The notes: generated from the letters alone by a model not told the origin. DNA of 64,000 nt from Terriglobia bacterium (GCA_963695545.1 OY968796.1:1248001-1312000), one strand, 5' to 3'; numbered from the stretch's first letter, positions 9,384 to 20,704 are shown. Numbers and translations: made by a program.

Positions 9384-10970
9384 ATGAAAGTTCGCGGTCC
9401 TCGCGTGCCCCTCGCGCTGGTTTTATTTTGCGTCTGCGCGTGGTGTACACCCGCGCCGCTCGCCGCCCAGAGCAAACCGCCCGCGCCGCTTCTGCAGCCC
9501 GAATCTTTCCACCACTACTTCACCGAATTCGCGCAGCAGGAGCGCGAGTTCATGAAGGATCAACCGCCCGACGTCTGGCCCTGGTTCGCCCAGAATATTC
9601 CCTGGCTCGATGTTCCCGACAAAGATCTCGAACAGATCTACTATTTTCGCTGGTACTCGTTTCAAAAACACATTCGCCGCACGCCCGACGGCTACATCAT
9701 CACCGAATTTCTTGACGACGTTCCCTGGGCCGGCAAATTCGACTCAATCGATTGCGCCGCCGAAGACCACCTCCGCGAAGCCCGCTGGCTGCGCGATCCC
9801 GCCTACGCCGATCAATATCTCCACTTTTGGTTTTCGCCCGATGGCGAGCCGCGCCGCTATAGTTTCGCCGCGGCCGACGCCGCCTACTCCGTCTATCTCG
9901 CGCACGGCGACAAAACTCTCGTCACCAGCCTGCTCACCGCACTGATCGGCAATTACGCCGAGTGGGTCGGCACGCATCAGGATCCCAGCGGCCTTTTCTG
10001 GCAGATCGACGATCGCGACGGTATGGAAGATAGCATCGGCGGCAGCGGCTATCGCCCCACGATCAACAGTTATATGTACGGCGACGCCGTCGCCATCTCC
10101 AAAATCGCCGCTCTCAATGGCAACACGGCCATCTCACATCAGTACGCCACGAAAGCCGCCCTGCTTCGCGCCCTCGTCGATCAGCGACTCTGGAATCCGA
10201 AAGACGATTTTTACGAAACCTTGCCGCGCGACCCCGGCGCCAGTTTGGTCGGCGTGCGCGAGCTGATCGGTTATGTTCCCTGGTATTTCGATCTCCCCAG
10301 CCCTGACCGCGACATCGCCTGGAAGCAGCTCAACGATCCGCAAGGTTTCGCCGGCGCCTACGGACCGACCACCGCCGAGCGCCGCAGCCCGCGCTTCCGC
10401 TTCAAGGTTCAGCACGAAGATCTATGGAACGGCCCCTCGTGGCCCTTCGCCACCACGCAAACTCTCGTCGCGCTCGCCAATCTTCTGAACGGCCCTTCGC
10501 AATCCATAATCGGCCCGCAGGATTATCGAAATCTCCTCGCCGCTTACGTTCGCTCGCAACACATCGCGCTGCCCAACGGCCAGAAAATCCCGTGGATCGA
10601 CGAAGACCTCGACGCCGACACCGGCGAATGGATTGCCCGCGATCTTCTCGAAGCCCGCCACCAGCCCCCGCCCAATCGCGGCCGATATTACAACCACTCC
10701 GGCTTCGCCGATCTAGTCGTCACCGGCCTGCTCGGCCTGCGCCCCGCCGACGGCAATACGTTCGTAATCCATCCGCTCGTTTCCGCCAGCCAGTGGCCCT
10801 ATTTCGCCCTAGACGCCCTCCCCTACCACGGTCATCTCCTAACCGTGTTCTACGACAAAACCGGCTCGCGCTATCACCACGGCCCCGGCCTCCACGTCCT
10901 CTGCGACGGCGCCCAAATCGCCTCCGCCCCCACCCTCGCTCCCCTGACCGTCCACTTGCCCGCCAAGTAG
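9384..10970 (+). CDS. Secreted six-hairpin glycoside hydrolase (MGH1/GH63-like)
   Basis: YYFRW, HLREARW, DDRDGME, RPTINSY, WNGPSWPF, YNHS motifs; signal peptide after ATG 9384. Confidence 0.85.
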   Translation: MKVRGPRVPLALVLFCVCAWCTPAPLAAQSKPPAPLLQPESFHHYFTEFAQQEREFMKDQPPDVWPWFAQNIPWLDVPDKDLEQIYYFRWYSFQKHIRRTPDGYIITEFLDDVPWAGKFDSIDCAAEDHLREARWLRDPAYADQYLHFWFSPDGEPRRYSFAAADAAYSVYLAHGDKTLVTSLLTALIGNYAEWVGTHQDPSGLFWQIDDRDGMEDSIGGSGYRPTINSYMYGDAVAISKIAALNGNTAISHQYATKAALLRALVDQRLWNPKDDFYETLPRDPGASLVGVRELIGYVPWYFDLPSPDRDIAWKQLNDPQGFAGAYGPTTAERRSPRFRFKVQHEDLWNGPSWPFATTQTLVALANLLNGPSQSIIGPQDYRNLLAAYVRSQHIALPNGQKIPWIDEDLDADTGEWIARDLLEARHQPPPNRGRYYNHSGFADLVVTGLLGLRPADGNTFVIHPLVSASQWPYFALDALPYHGHLLTVFYDKTGSRYHHGPGLHVLCDGAQIASAPTLAPLTVHLPAK

Positions 10971-11003
10971 TTCGTTCGCCGAGCAACGCCGTGATCTTGC
11001 TTT

Positions 11004-11032
11004 TGTAGCGGAGGCCTTCAGGCCTCCATCTT
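11004..11032 (+). repeat. GTAG-type REP-like hairpin, copy 1
   Basis: TGTAGCGGAGGCCTTCAGGCCTCCATCTT; 28/29 identical to reverse complement of 51695-51723. Confidence 0.8.
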
Positions 11033-11137
11033 TCACTTGCAGCGCGAATGGCGACTCGACAGATTCCGCCCGCCTTGTTCCCCGACGCGCCACCCCGCAT
11101 GCTCGCAACCACGGCTCATCCACGGCAGACCATCACG

Positions 11138-11164
11138 TGCTATACTTGTATAGCGCTGTATAGC
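11138..11164 (+). promoter_or_regulatory. TA promoter/operator
   Basis: TGC-TATACT extended -10 overlapping inverted repeat GCTATAC-TT-GTATAGC, plus a second GTATAGC half-site, just upstream of the antitoxin RBS. Confidence 0.65.
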
Positions 11165-11173
11165 GAGGTACTC

Positions 11174-11398
11174 ATGCTGGCCATTCGACTTCCACCATCC
11201 ATTGAAAAACGCCTAGAGAAACTCGCCCGCCGCACCGGCCGCACCAAAACCTACTACGTCCGCGAAGCCATCCTCGAACACCTGGCGGACCTCGAAGATA
11301 TGCACCTCGCCGAAGGCGCCCTCGAACGCATCCGCAGCGGCGAAGAACAAACCATCCCTCTGAAAATCGTCATGAAACGCCATGGCATACGCCGTTGA
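11174..11398 (+). CDS. Ribbon-helix-helix antitoxin (RelB/DUF6290-like)
   Basis: MLAIRLPPSIEKRLEKLARRTGRTKTYYVREAI; GAGG RBS; overlaps toxin start. Confidence 0.85.
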   Translation: MLAIRLPPSIEKRLEKLARRTGRTKTYYVREAILEHLADLEDMHLAEGALERIRSGEEQTIPLKIVMKRHGIRR

Positions 11399-11670
11399 CT
11401 TGCGTGATTGACGTTGAATTTCCCCCCGCCGCCGACCGCGAACTCGCCAAACTCGACGCCCCTCAAGCCAAGCGCATCCTGAAATTCCTCCACGAGCGCG
11501 TATCCAAGCTCGACGATACCCGCAGCATCGGCGAAGCCCTGCGCGGCTCGCGCCTCGGCGAACTCTGGAAATATCGCGTGGCCCACTTCCGCCTAATCTG
11601 CAAGATCGAAGACCATCGCCTCGTGGTCCTCATCCTCCGCGTAGGACATCGCCGCGAAATCTATCGCTAG
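11395..11670 (+). CDS. relE: RelE/ParE-family toxin
   Basis: ADRELAKLD...GEALRGSRLGELWKYRV...RVGHRREIYR. Confidence 0.9.
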   Translation: MTCVIDVEFPPAADRELAKLDAPQAKRILKFLHERVSKLDDTRSIGEALRGSRLGELWKYRVAHFRLICKIEDHRLVVLILRVGHRREIYR

Positions 11671-11701
11671 CGCCAGCGAAACGCGCCGATCAACCCACTC
11701 G

Positions 11702-12115
11702 CTAACGCCGAGCCGCCTTCTTCGGCCTTCCTCCCAATTTCCCATTCGATCTGGAAGCCGCTCGCTTCGCCCTGCTCCTGGATTGCCCGCCGATTTGACC
11801 AAGTCTGGCGGCCATCCACTTCTTCGAGCCAAGAAATCCCTCCAGCAATCCCAGCACGTGCAGGTCGGCGTCCAACTTCGGGAAATGGATTCCAAAGCCC
11901 GAAGGAGTGATTTCAATCTCCTCGAGCGCAGACGGCGTGGCGTGTTCCAAACCCTGCGCGTCGCGCGGCGAAAAACTCAGGATCAGCCTCGAGCTCAGAT
12001 GGATCACAATGCGCCCGCTCTTGCGGTCGTAACGCGCCGAGACCGCTCTCGGAAGGCCCTCCTGCATTTCCCTGGCCCGTTGATTCGCCATTTCAAAATT
12101 GTCATGCACCGCCAT
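11702..12115 (-). CDS. DUF2442-domain protein (putative antitoxin) with basic C-terminal tail
   Basis: QGLEHATPSALEEIEITPSGFGIHFPKLDADL core; overlaps DUF4160 gene. Confidence 0.8.
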   Translation of the reverse strand: MAVHDNFEMANQRAREMQEGLPRAVSARYDRKSGRIVIHLSSRLILSFSPRDAQGLEHATPSALEEIEITPSGFGIHFPKLDADLHVLGLLEGFLGSKKWMAARLGQIGGQSRSRAKRAASRSNGKLGGRPKKAARR

Positions 12116-12350
12116 GAATTTCCTCCCATGCCCGGCAGAGATATTCCACATGCTCCGTCAAAACTCTTTGGATGCGCGCAACTTCTCGCCTTGAAAATCG
12201 CCAGTTCTCGCGAATCTCCACTGCTCCATCCCGGCGGTTCAAGCGGAACACCGCTTCTCGCCCAGGCCCGATCACATGGACATGCGCCGGCCGATGATCG
12301 TTTGGATAGATCACCACCCGCAGTCCATCAAATCTAAGGACCGTCGGCAT
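12102..12350 (-). CDS. DUF4160-domain protein (putative toxin)
   Basis: MPTVLRFDGLRVVIYPNDHRPAHVHV...AWEEIHG. Confidence 0.85.
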   Translation of the reverse strand: MPTVLRFDGLRVVIYPNDHRPAHVHVIGPGREAVFRLNRRDGAVEIRENWRFSRREVARIQRVLTEHVEYLCRAWEEIHGGA

Positions 12351-12581
12351 CGCGTCATTTTAGCATAAACCCAATCGCTCAGGTTATCGGATAAGCAACC
12401 GACCCGACGACGGGAAAAATCGCTCGACGAGCGGCCCTGCGAGTCCCAACTCGATCGGGCCGGGTGGCACAGCGCCCTACACGCGGGCCGCCCGTCCTTC
12501 GCGGAACGCAAGAGGATGGGTAGTTTCGTCCTTCGGGATTGCCTCTCCAGCTTGTCTCATTTCGAATGAATTTCCACAACC

Positions 12582-12644
12582 TATTCGAATAACCCACACG
12601 TTATTATTGACACGTACGCCATAAATGTGCTATGCTTTTGCATG
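12582..12644 (+). promoter_or_regulatory. Palindrome + sigma70 promoter + leaderless ATG cassette, copy A
   Basis: TATTCGAATA 12582-12591; TTGACA 12607-12612; 18 nt; TGC-TATGCT 12631-12636; ATG 12642. Confidence 0.7.
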
Positions 12645-12837
12645 ACTCGCGAATACACAACCTCGCTTACTCCGCCGTTCGCTGGCGAGCCGCGGAACCT
12701 GCCCTCCGCGCGCCCCGCACGACCGGGCGTTCCGGCCGTAGGAGCACAATTTCCCTCCGCCCGTCCTGCTCGCCCTACCAAATATCATCGATACAATCCG
12801 ATCGAGTCGCATTCATCTCAACAAGAGTGCCTTCACA

Positions 12838-13003
12838 ACCCTTTTATTTTCAAGTCACTACAAAACAGTGTGTATGTTGTTGAAGATAAACACGCGCAAG
12901 TCTATTGTCTTCAATCTCTTGCGCACTCTTTGTCACTCTTTTCCTGGAAGTCTTTTAGTTACCATGTCTTACGCAAAACATACCCGGGGGGTGGGGGGGG
13001 TAT
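12838..13003 (+). repeat. AT-rich motif array ending in CTTACGCAAAACATACC-GGGG, copy A
   Basis: Shares TTCAATCTCTTGC, CACTCTTTTCCTG and CTTACGCAAAACATACC with reverse complement of 51211-51356. Confidence 0.8.
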
Positions 13004-13037
13004 CTCAGAGTCACCGAGGCGGACCGGTTGGAGCCGC

Positions 13038-14240
13038 TCACAAACCGTTCAACGAGTCTTTCAGCAGGCGCACGCCCTGCTCAAACGCGACCGTCGGCGC
13101 AATCAGGCTGAGCACCAGAAAACCGTCGGACGCGAAATTGTAGAAGGTGCCGGGATGAACCAGAACCGAAGACCGTTCGAGCAGCGACACCGCGAGCGAT
13201 TCATCCAACGCAACGTGCGCCGAGCGCGTCGCTCTCGGCACGCGCAGCACGGCGTACCATCCGCCTTCACGTTCGAGGCGCGTCGCCGCGTCGCATCCCG
13301 CGAGCGCGGCGTCGAGGAACCCGAGATTCGCCGCGATGCGTTCCTGCAATTGCGATTGCATCGCGCCGCGCAGCGCCAAAAATTCCGGCGCGGCAAGTTG
13401 GATCGGCGTGCTCGGCGAAAGATATGTGTCCGCGATCACGTCGAGCCGTTCGACCGCCGTGCGCGCCGCCAGCTCCGGCCCGCTCGTCACGATCCACGCG
13501 AGCTTCATCTGCGGCAGCGCCGAAATTTTGGAAAGCCCGCTCAGCGTGAACGTCAGTGCGCTCGAAGCGAACGCGAAGGAAGCGCTGGCGTTGGGCGCGT
13601 CGCCATAATCGAGAAACACTTCATCCGCCACGATGGCCATTTCGCGCGCGGCGCAAATCTCGGCAAGTTCCGCGGCTTCGCGCGGCTTCACGAACGAGCC
13701 GGTGGGATTGTTCGGATGCACCACCACGACCGCTCGCGATCGCGGCGCAATCGCTGCGCGCAGACCAGCGAGATCCATTTGCCAGCCGTGGTCGTAGAAC
13801 AAGCGATACGGCACCAAGCGAACGTCCGCGAGGTCGGCCAGAAATTCGAGCAGCGGATACCTCGGCGCCGGCACCAGAATTTCGTCGCCCGCTTCGCACA
13901 GCAGCCGAAACACGTGCGTGTAAGCTTCGCTCGTTCCGGAAGTCAGCACGATCCGCTCGGGATCGACGTGCCCCGCGTTCTGCGCGAAGCCGCGCCGATC
14001 GCGGTAATACTCCGCGACGGCCGCACGCGCGGAAAGCAGTCCTTTGCTTTCGGGGTGGTATTCAAGCGCGCGCGGGTTGCGCAGCGCATCCAGAATTTCG
14101 CGCTCGGGATACGCGAAGCCGTACGTCGTCGGATTCGACGCCGTCAAATCGATCAGCGGCTTGCCGCTGCGTCGATGCGCATCAAGCGCGCGCGCCAAAA
14201 GATTCGGTTCAAGCGGCCAATTTGTGCGCTTCGCAAACAT
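13038..14240 (-). CDS. PLP-dependent aminotransferase class I/II
   Basis: HPNNPTG, DEVF, SGLSK...PQMKLAW motifs; ATG 14240. Confidence 0.9.
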   Translation of the reverse strand: MFAKRTNWPLEPNLLARALDAHRRSGKPLIDLTASNPTTYGFAYPEREILDALRNPRALEYHPESKGLLSARAAVAEYYRDRRGFAQNAGHVDPERIVLTSGTSEAYTHVFRLLCEAGDEILVPAPRYPLLEFLADLADVRLVPYRLFYDHGWQMDLAGLRAAIAPRSRAVVVVHPNNPTGSFVKPREAAELAEICAAREMAIVADEVFLDYGDAPNASASFAFASSALTFTLSGLSKISALPQMKLAWIVTSGPELAARTAVERLDVIADTYLSPSTPIQLAAPEFLALRGAMQSQLQERIAANLGFLDAALAGCDAATRLEREGGWYAVLRVPRATRSAHVALDESLAVSLLERSSVLVHPGTFYNFASDGFLVLSLIAPTVAFEQGVRLLKDSLNGL

Positions 14241-14357
14241 GGAATTCGCAGCGAAATTCGTCAAGGGAGTTATAGCACGCCGCGAACGGCGGTTTTCTTC
14301 GGGCCGTGCTTCTGCACGACGCTCAAGGCGCCGCAAAAGGAGATCTCTAAAGCAAAC

Positions 14358-15094
<737 letters not shown>

Positions 15095-15095
<1 letters not shown>

Positions 15096-16519
15096 CAACT
15101 TTGGTCCGAATCGGCCACAACCTTCGGCGCGGAGTTGTCCACCTTGATCGGCGAGTCGGGTTTGAGAGTGCGCAGAGCTTTGTAACTGCCGGTGATGATC
15201 TGATCGCCGGCGTCGAGTCCGGAGAGCACTTCGATGTCGCTAACGCCGGAAATTCCGGTCTGCACCGGCACAAAAACCGCTTTCTTGTTGCGCACCACGA
15301 AAACGCCCTGGATCTCGCGCTTCGCCGGATCCGTTATCGTCGGATCTCCGCCGTCGGCCGGTGGCGCGCTGGCCGCGAGCGCGACTTCCTGGTCGCTCGC
15401 CCCGGCTTTCTTTTCGGCGTCTTGCAGATCTTTCTGCGTGCGGATGGCCAACGCTTGAATCGGAATCGCCAGAATGTCTTTCTTCTCCGCCGTGGTGATT
15501 TTGGCGGTGGCCGAAAGTCCGGGCCGCAGACCGGGCGGAGGATTGTCGAGCGTGACGACGACTTTGAAATCTTTCGCTTCCTGATTGCTCGTCGTCGATT
15601 GCGTGCTCGTCAACCCCGATGTGCGCAGCACGGCTTGCGTGCCCACTTGCGTTACGTGGCCGGGAAAAATCTTGTCGGGAATCGCGTCAATGGTCACTTT
15701 CGCGGCTTGCCCCGGACGCACGTTAATGATGTCGGTCTCGTCGACCATCACTTCGCTTGTGACCACGGACATATCCGAGATGGTCATCAGGAAGCTGCCG
15801 GTGGAGTTCTGGATGCCGGGGACAACGCCTTCGCCGACTCGCACGGCGATATAGGTCACCACGCCGTCGATCGGCGCGAGGTACGTCGTCTTATTCAGCA
15901 CGTCGCGGGTGTGCGTCAGAACGTCCTGCGATTGCGCCAGCGTATACTTCGCTTCCTGAAGCTGCGCGCGCACCTGTTGCGCTTGCGCTTTGCTCGAGGC
16001 CAGAGCCGCCACCGCCGTGTCGTAAGCCGATTGGGTGGTGTCGAAATCCTGCTTGGCGATCAGGCCTTGCTGGAAAAGTTGCTTGCCGCGCTCTTCGTCG
16101 GCCGCGGCCTTCTTGTAGGCGGCCGTGCTCTGTTGCACGTTGTCTTGCGCAGCCTGGTCGCTCGCAGCGGCCGCGGCCACGGCAGATTGTGCGGCTTGGA
16201 TGCCGGCCTCGCCCGCATCGACGTCGGCCCGCGGCTGGATGGCGTCCACTTTCACCAGCATTTGACCCTTTTTGACGTGGTCGCCTTCTTTGACCAGGAT
16301 GTCGGTGATCAGGCCCGTGCCTTGACCGAGGACGTTGGTGTAATTGAGCGCGGAGATATCTCCGGACGCGGTGACGATGGAATCAAGATCCTCGTGCGCC
16401 ACTACGGATGTCTGCACGGTAACGACGTTCTTGTTGGCCTGCTGAACGCTAATTGCTACTACGATGGCGGCCAGCAGGACGGCGCCGACCCCGATCCCGA
16501 TCTTTTGCCACTTTTTCAT
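15095..16519 (-). CDS. Efflux periplasmic adaptor subunit (MacA/HlyD family)
   Basis: N-terminal [13 protein letters not shown] lipoyl half, coiled coil, APIDGVV, LRPGLSA. Confidence 0.9.
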
Positions 16520-16608
16520 GATACGCAGATGCTCGTTTCTCCGACGTCTTCGGCGGACGCCTGTCTGAGATAGACGTCCCGACCCGGCAAAATGTCTCGC
16601 ACCCCTAC

Positions 16609-16634
16609 TACGCGCCTGAGCCCTAAATTGTTTC
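16609..16634 (-). promoter_or_regulatory. Possible ECF-sigma promoter for the adaptor-ABC operon
   Basis: Minus strand GAAAC-N17-CGTA about 90 nt upstream of ATG 16519. Confidence 0.3.
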
Positions 16635-17047
16635 GTCGGGCCGAGGGATTTCCTGCTCGGAGACCGCGTTTCGGACGTGGGACGCAACCACGCGATCGGC
16701 CCTGGTCCTACACCGCAAGATCTTTCCGGCTTAGTGGACGCGGGCGCTGCAACAGGTAGAGGGCAGCCCCAAGCATCACACATTCTATTGCGTTTCGACG
16801 GGGAAGGAAAGCGCGCCTTGGCCGCGTATCGGGATTTTCGGGGAGCAGATCCGGATGGAATCAACGAAGGATTCACAGGGTGCCGGGGGTGAAACAGAAC
16901 GGGAGTCTGAAGCAACCTTTTGACCCCGCGGGGAGTCTGTATCCAAGGGGATGTGCCACTTCCAGGCGTGGGTTTCCGAGCCAAATTGGAGCCGGTCTTC
17001 CCCTGTTGAAAACTTGTTTAAGAAGCTGTTAACAGGAAACTTGTTGA

Positions 17048-17077
17048 TTGACGCATCCCATCTTAGGGGGCTAAAAT
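17048..17077 (+). promoter_or_regulatory. Sigma70-type promoter for the GWxTD gene
   Basis: TTGACG-N18-TAAAAT, 32 nt before the start codon. Confidence 0.5.
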
Positions 17078-17109
17078 CCAGCCCGTCCGTTTGAAAACGG
17101 GATAGAGGT

Positions 17110-18849
17110 GTGACTATGGGCCGATTACGTCGTTTTGCACTCCCAATTCTGATCCTGTCCGGCGGATTACTCTTTATACTTCCTACTTCTCACGCGCAAA
17201 ATACGGACTCTCAAGACAATACTTCAAGTCAGCCGAGCGATAAAGACAACAAGCAGCAGCCCACCGAGCTTCAACAGCAACAGCAGCAAAGTCTGCACAA
17301 GCTGGAGAAAGAACTTCCGACTCCTTATAGACAGTGGCTGAACGAGGACGTGGTCTACATCATCACCGCCGACGAGCGGTCCACGTTCCTGCGCCTGCAG
17401 ACCAACGAGGAGCGCGAGCAATTTATCGAGCAATTCTGGCTGCGGCGCGATCCGACACCGGACACGCCGGAGAATGAATTCAAAGAGGAGCACTACCGCC
17501 GAATCGCCTATGCAAACGAGCACTACGCTTCGGGAATTCCCGGATGGAAGACCGATCGCGGCAGGATCTACATCATCTGGGGAGCCCCCGACGAAATCGA
17601 ATCGCACCCGACCGGCGGCACCTACGACCGGCCCGAGGAAGAAGGCGGCGGCACGACCTCGACGTATCCGTTCGAGCAGTGGACTTACCGGCACATGGAC
17701 GGCATCGGGGAAAACGTGATGCTGGAATTCGTGGATACCACGATGACCGGCGAATACCACCTGACCTCCGATCCCGGCGAGAAAGACGCGCTGGCCCACG
17801 TGCCTGACGCAGGGTTGAGCGAACTCGAAGAGGAAGGTTTGTCGAGCAAAGCCGACCGCTTCACGCGCACAGACGGTTCGACGGCGCCGTTGCCGATCGG
17901 CGCGGAACCCGAGAGCGACGAAGAATTCACGCGAATCGAGCGCTTTGCGAACGTGATGGCGCCGCCGCCGGTGAAATTCACGGACCTCGAGGAAGTGGTC
18001 ACCTCGCGCATCGTGCGCAACGAAATCAAGTTCGATTATCGCTTCGATTTTATGCGCATCACGAACGACACCGTTCTGGTGCCCATCACCGTGGAGATTC
18101 CGAACCGGCAACTGAGCTTCCAGGAAAAAGACGGCGTGCACACAGCGACGCTCAACCTGTTCGCGCGCATCACCACGCTCACGGACCGGCCGGTGCAAAC
18201 GTTCGAGGACGTGATCCGCCGCGACTTCGTGGACTCGCTTCTCGAGCAATCGCTGAACGGCGATTCGATTTACTCCAAGGCCGTACCGCTGACCCCGGGC
18301 TTGTATCGCCTGGATATCGTGATCAAGGACGTGAACAGCAACAACGTGGGCGTGGTCAACGCGCGCTTGGCGGTGCCGGCGTATGACGATGAGACGCTGG
18401 GCGCGAGTACTCTAATTCTGGCGGACCAGATGGCCCCGGTAGCCTCGAATCAGATCGGCACAGGCCAATTCGTGATCGGCGACACCAAGGTTCGGCCCAA
18501 GCTCAATCAATCGTTCACTTCCGACCAACCGCTTGGCGTGTATCTGCAACTCTACAATTTCAAAGTGGACGACAAAACGCATAAGAACAACGCCACGATC
18601 TCGCTCAGCCTCACCAAGAATGGCCAGTCCGTGTCAAACGTGGTGAAGACCGGCGCGGACCTCCACCAGAACGGCACGCAGATAACCGTGCAGGACGTGA
18701 TGGGATTGAGCGCGCTATCGCCCGGCGTGTACCACCTGGAGATCCAGGCGACCGACGGGATCAGCAAGCAGAGCGTCACGCGCACAGCGGATTTTACGGT
18801 CACGCCGCCAGCGGCAACGGCCGCGGCACAGTTGACACCCGGGAGGTAA
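17110..18849 (+). CDS. GWxTD domain-containing exported protein
   Basis: QFWLRRDPTPDTPENEFKEEHYRRIAYAN...PGWKTDRGRIYI; C-terminal Ig-like beta domains. Confidence 0.92.
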   Translation: MTMGRLRRFALPILILSGGLLFILPTSHAQNTDSQDNTSSQPSDKDNKQQPTELQQQQQQSLHKLEKELPTPYRQWLNEDVVYIITADERSTFLRLQTNEEREQFIEQFWLRRDPTPDTPENEFKEEHYRRIAYANEHYASGIPGWKTDRGRIYIIWGAPDEIESHPTGGTYDRPEEEGGGTTSTYPFEQWTYRHMDGIGENVMLEFVDTTMTGEYHLTSDPGEKDALAHVPDAGLSELEEEGLSSKADRFTRTDGSTAPLPIGAEPESDEEFTRIERFANVMAPPPVKFTDLEEVVTSRIVRNEIKFDYRFDFMRITNDTVLVPITVEIPNRQLSFQEKDGVHTATLNLFARITTLTDRPVQTFEDVIRRDFVDSLLEQSLNGDSIYSKAVPLTPGLYRLDIVIKDVNSNNVGVVNARLAVPAYDDETLGASTLILADQMAPVASNQIGTGQFVIGDTKVRPKLNQSFTSDQPLGVYLQLYNFKVDDKTHKNNATISLSLTKNGQSVSNVVKTGADLHQNGTQITVQDVMGLSALSPGVYHLEIQATDGISKQSVTRTADFTVTPPAATAAAQLTPGR

Positions 18850-18856
18850 ACGGGAC

Positions 18857-20575
18857 GTGCAGGCTCGAATCCACCGGGCCCTGGGATCGCTGATCGCGGT
18901 GGTAGTGCTTTGCCTGTGCGGAGTTCCGGCGCAGGCTCGCACCGGCGAGGGGCGCCTGACCGGGATCGTGCTGGACCCTTCGGGAATTCCCCAGTTGGGC
19001 GCAACGGTGTGGATTGCCGCCGAGGATGCAGGCGATCAGGGCGTCGCGCAACTTCTAACCAACCAACGCGGCTTTTTTTCAAGCGCAGAGATGCGGCCGG
19101 GCCTGTACTCGGTGCGCGTATCACTGGTGGGCTTCCTGCCGGCGCTTGAGCGCCATGTGCGCATCACCCCAAATCTGACAACGCTGGTAAAAATCGAGCT
19201 CGGCACGGTCTTCGATACATTGGATAGCTTGCGCCGCGCTCCCGCCGTGCCCACGGATTCCGACGATTGGAAGTGGGTGCTGCGGACTTCGTCCGCGACG
19301 CGCCCCGTTCTCCAGTGGCAGGACGCTCCACTCGTGGTTGTCGGCCCAGAATCTGGTCGCCGAGGGCACTCCTCCGAAATATTGGTCGACATGACCAGCG
19401 GCTCGATGCACCCCGGATCACCGTCGAATGAGGGCAACGCGCCGGGTACGGGCGTCTCCTACGAAGTTCCGCTGGGTCCCGGTGGGAAACTGCTGGTGGC
19501 CGGCCAAATGAATTACGACGGCAGTACGGCCGGAGGTTTGGCCACGATCTGGCTGCCCTCGGGCAATATCGACACGGGCCCGGTGACGACGCTGGTGATT
19601 CGAGAATCGGCGCCCGGTTCGGACGGCGTGAGCTTCTACGGGATGCGCCTGGCTCATTCTGAACGACTCAACTTCGGAAACAACATTCACGCAACGGTAG
19701 GCGCGGAATACGTCTCTGAGGGTCTGGCTGGCTCGCGTCACTCGTCCATCCTGCCGAGCGCGGAAGTCGATGCGAAGCTCTCGGACGTCTATACACTCAC
19801 CGCGTTGCTCTCGACCGATTCTCCCGCGAGCGATCCTTTCGATGCGGACGCGCTTCGCTCGGTGCTCGACGCAATGGACAGTTTGCCGGTCGTGCTGTTC
19901 AATGACGGCCGATCGGTTCTCGACGAGAACTTGCATGCGGAGCTGCGACTGGCGAGGCGTCTGGGCAATCGCTCGAGTGTCGAGGCCGCCGTATTCCACG
20001 ACAACGATCCGCATCAGGCGGTGTTCGGAATTGGCTCGGCGCCCGTCGCCGACGCCGTGCAGGATCCTTTCTCGAACGCGTTCGTCTACGACGGCGGTCG
20101 CCTGAGCGCATGGGGCGCCCGCGGCGTTTATCACATCAAGGTCTTCGACGACTTGGACATCGCGGCAGTGTACGCCTTGGGCGGCGCGCTGGCGCCAAAC
20201 GGTGGCGCATCCGGATCGAGCGACGATTTGCGGCAAGAGTTCGTCGAGCGTTACCGCCAATGCCTGGGCGCGCGCGTCTCGAGCAAAGTGCCGCGCCTGG
20301 GAACGCAGGTGGCGGCAAGTTACAAATGGATTATCGGAAATACGCTGACTTCGGTCGACGAATCCGGCGATGTGACCTACCAGATGGACCCCAACCTCAG
20401 CCTTTCGATCCGCCAGCCGTTGCCGGGATTTCTGATGAATCGTCATTGGGAGGCGGTGGCGGATTTCGGCAACTTGCTCGCCCAGGGCTACATCCCCGTC
20501 ACGAACCAGGACGGCCAAGTTTTGCTGATGCCAGTGGTACGGTCCTTCCGGGGTGGATTGAGCTTCGAGTTCTGA
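18857..20575 (+). CDS. Carboxypeptidase-regulatory-like domain protein with probable outer-membrane beta-barrel
   Basis: GRLTGIVLDPSG..GATV..PGLYSVRVS N-terminal domain; beta-rich C-terminus ending GLSFEF. Confidence 0.75.
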   Translation: MQARIHRALGSLIAVVVLCLCGVPAQARTGEGRLTGIVLDPSGIPQLGATVWIAAEDAGDQGVAQLLTNQRGFFSSAEMRPGLYSVRVSLVGFLPALERHVRITPNLTTLVKIELGTVFDTLDSLRRAPAVPTDSDDWKWVLRTSSATRPVLQWQDAPLVVVGPESGRRGHSSEILVDMTSGSMHPGSPSNEGNAPGTGVSYEVPLGPGGKLLVAGQMNYDGSTAGGLATIWLPSGNIDTGPVTTLVIRESAPGSDGVSFYGMRLAHSERLNFGNNIHATVGAEYVSEGLAGSRHSSILPSAEVDAKLSDVYTLTALLSTDSPASDPFDADALRSVLDAMDSLPVVLFNDGRSVLDENLHAELRLARRLGNRSSVEAAVFHDNDPHQAVFGIGSAPVADAVQDPFSNAFVYDGGRLSAWGARGVYHIKVFDDLDIAAVYALGGALAPNGGASGSSDDLRQEFVERYRQCLGARVSSKVPRLGTQVAASYKWIIGNTLTSVDESGDVTYQMDPNLSLSIRQPLPGFLMNRHWEAVADFGNLLAQGYIPVTNQDGQVLLMPVVRSFRGGLSFEF

Positions 20576-20704
20576 AGGTAAACGACTTACCGAAATTGGA
20601 ATCACGCCTTCTATAAACAGAAGCCTCACCTCATGTGCCCGTGCGAATTCAGTCTAATGTCTTAGTGTTCCTATACTTACGTGCTGATTGGAATTCATAG
20701 TTTG

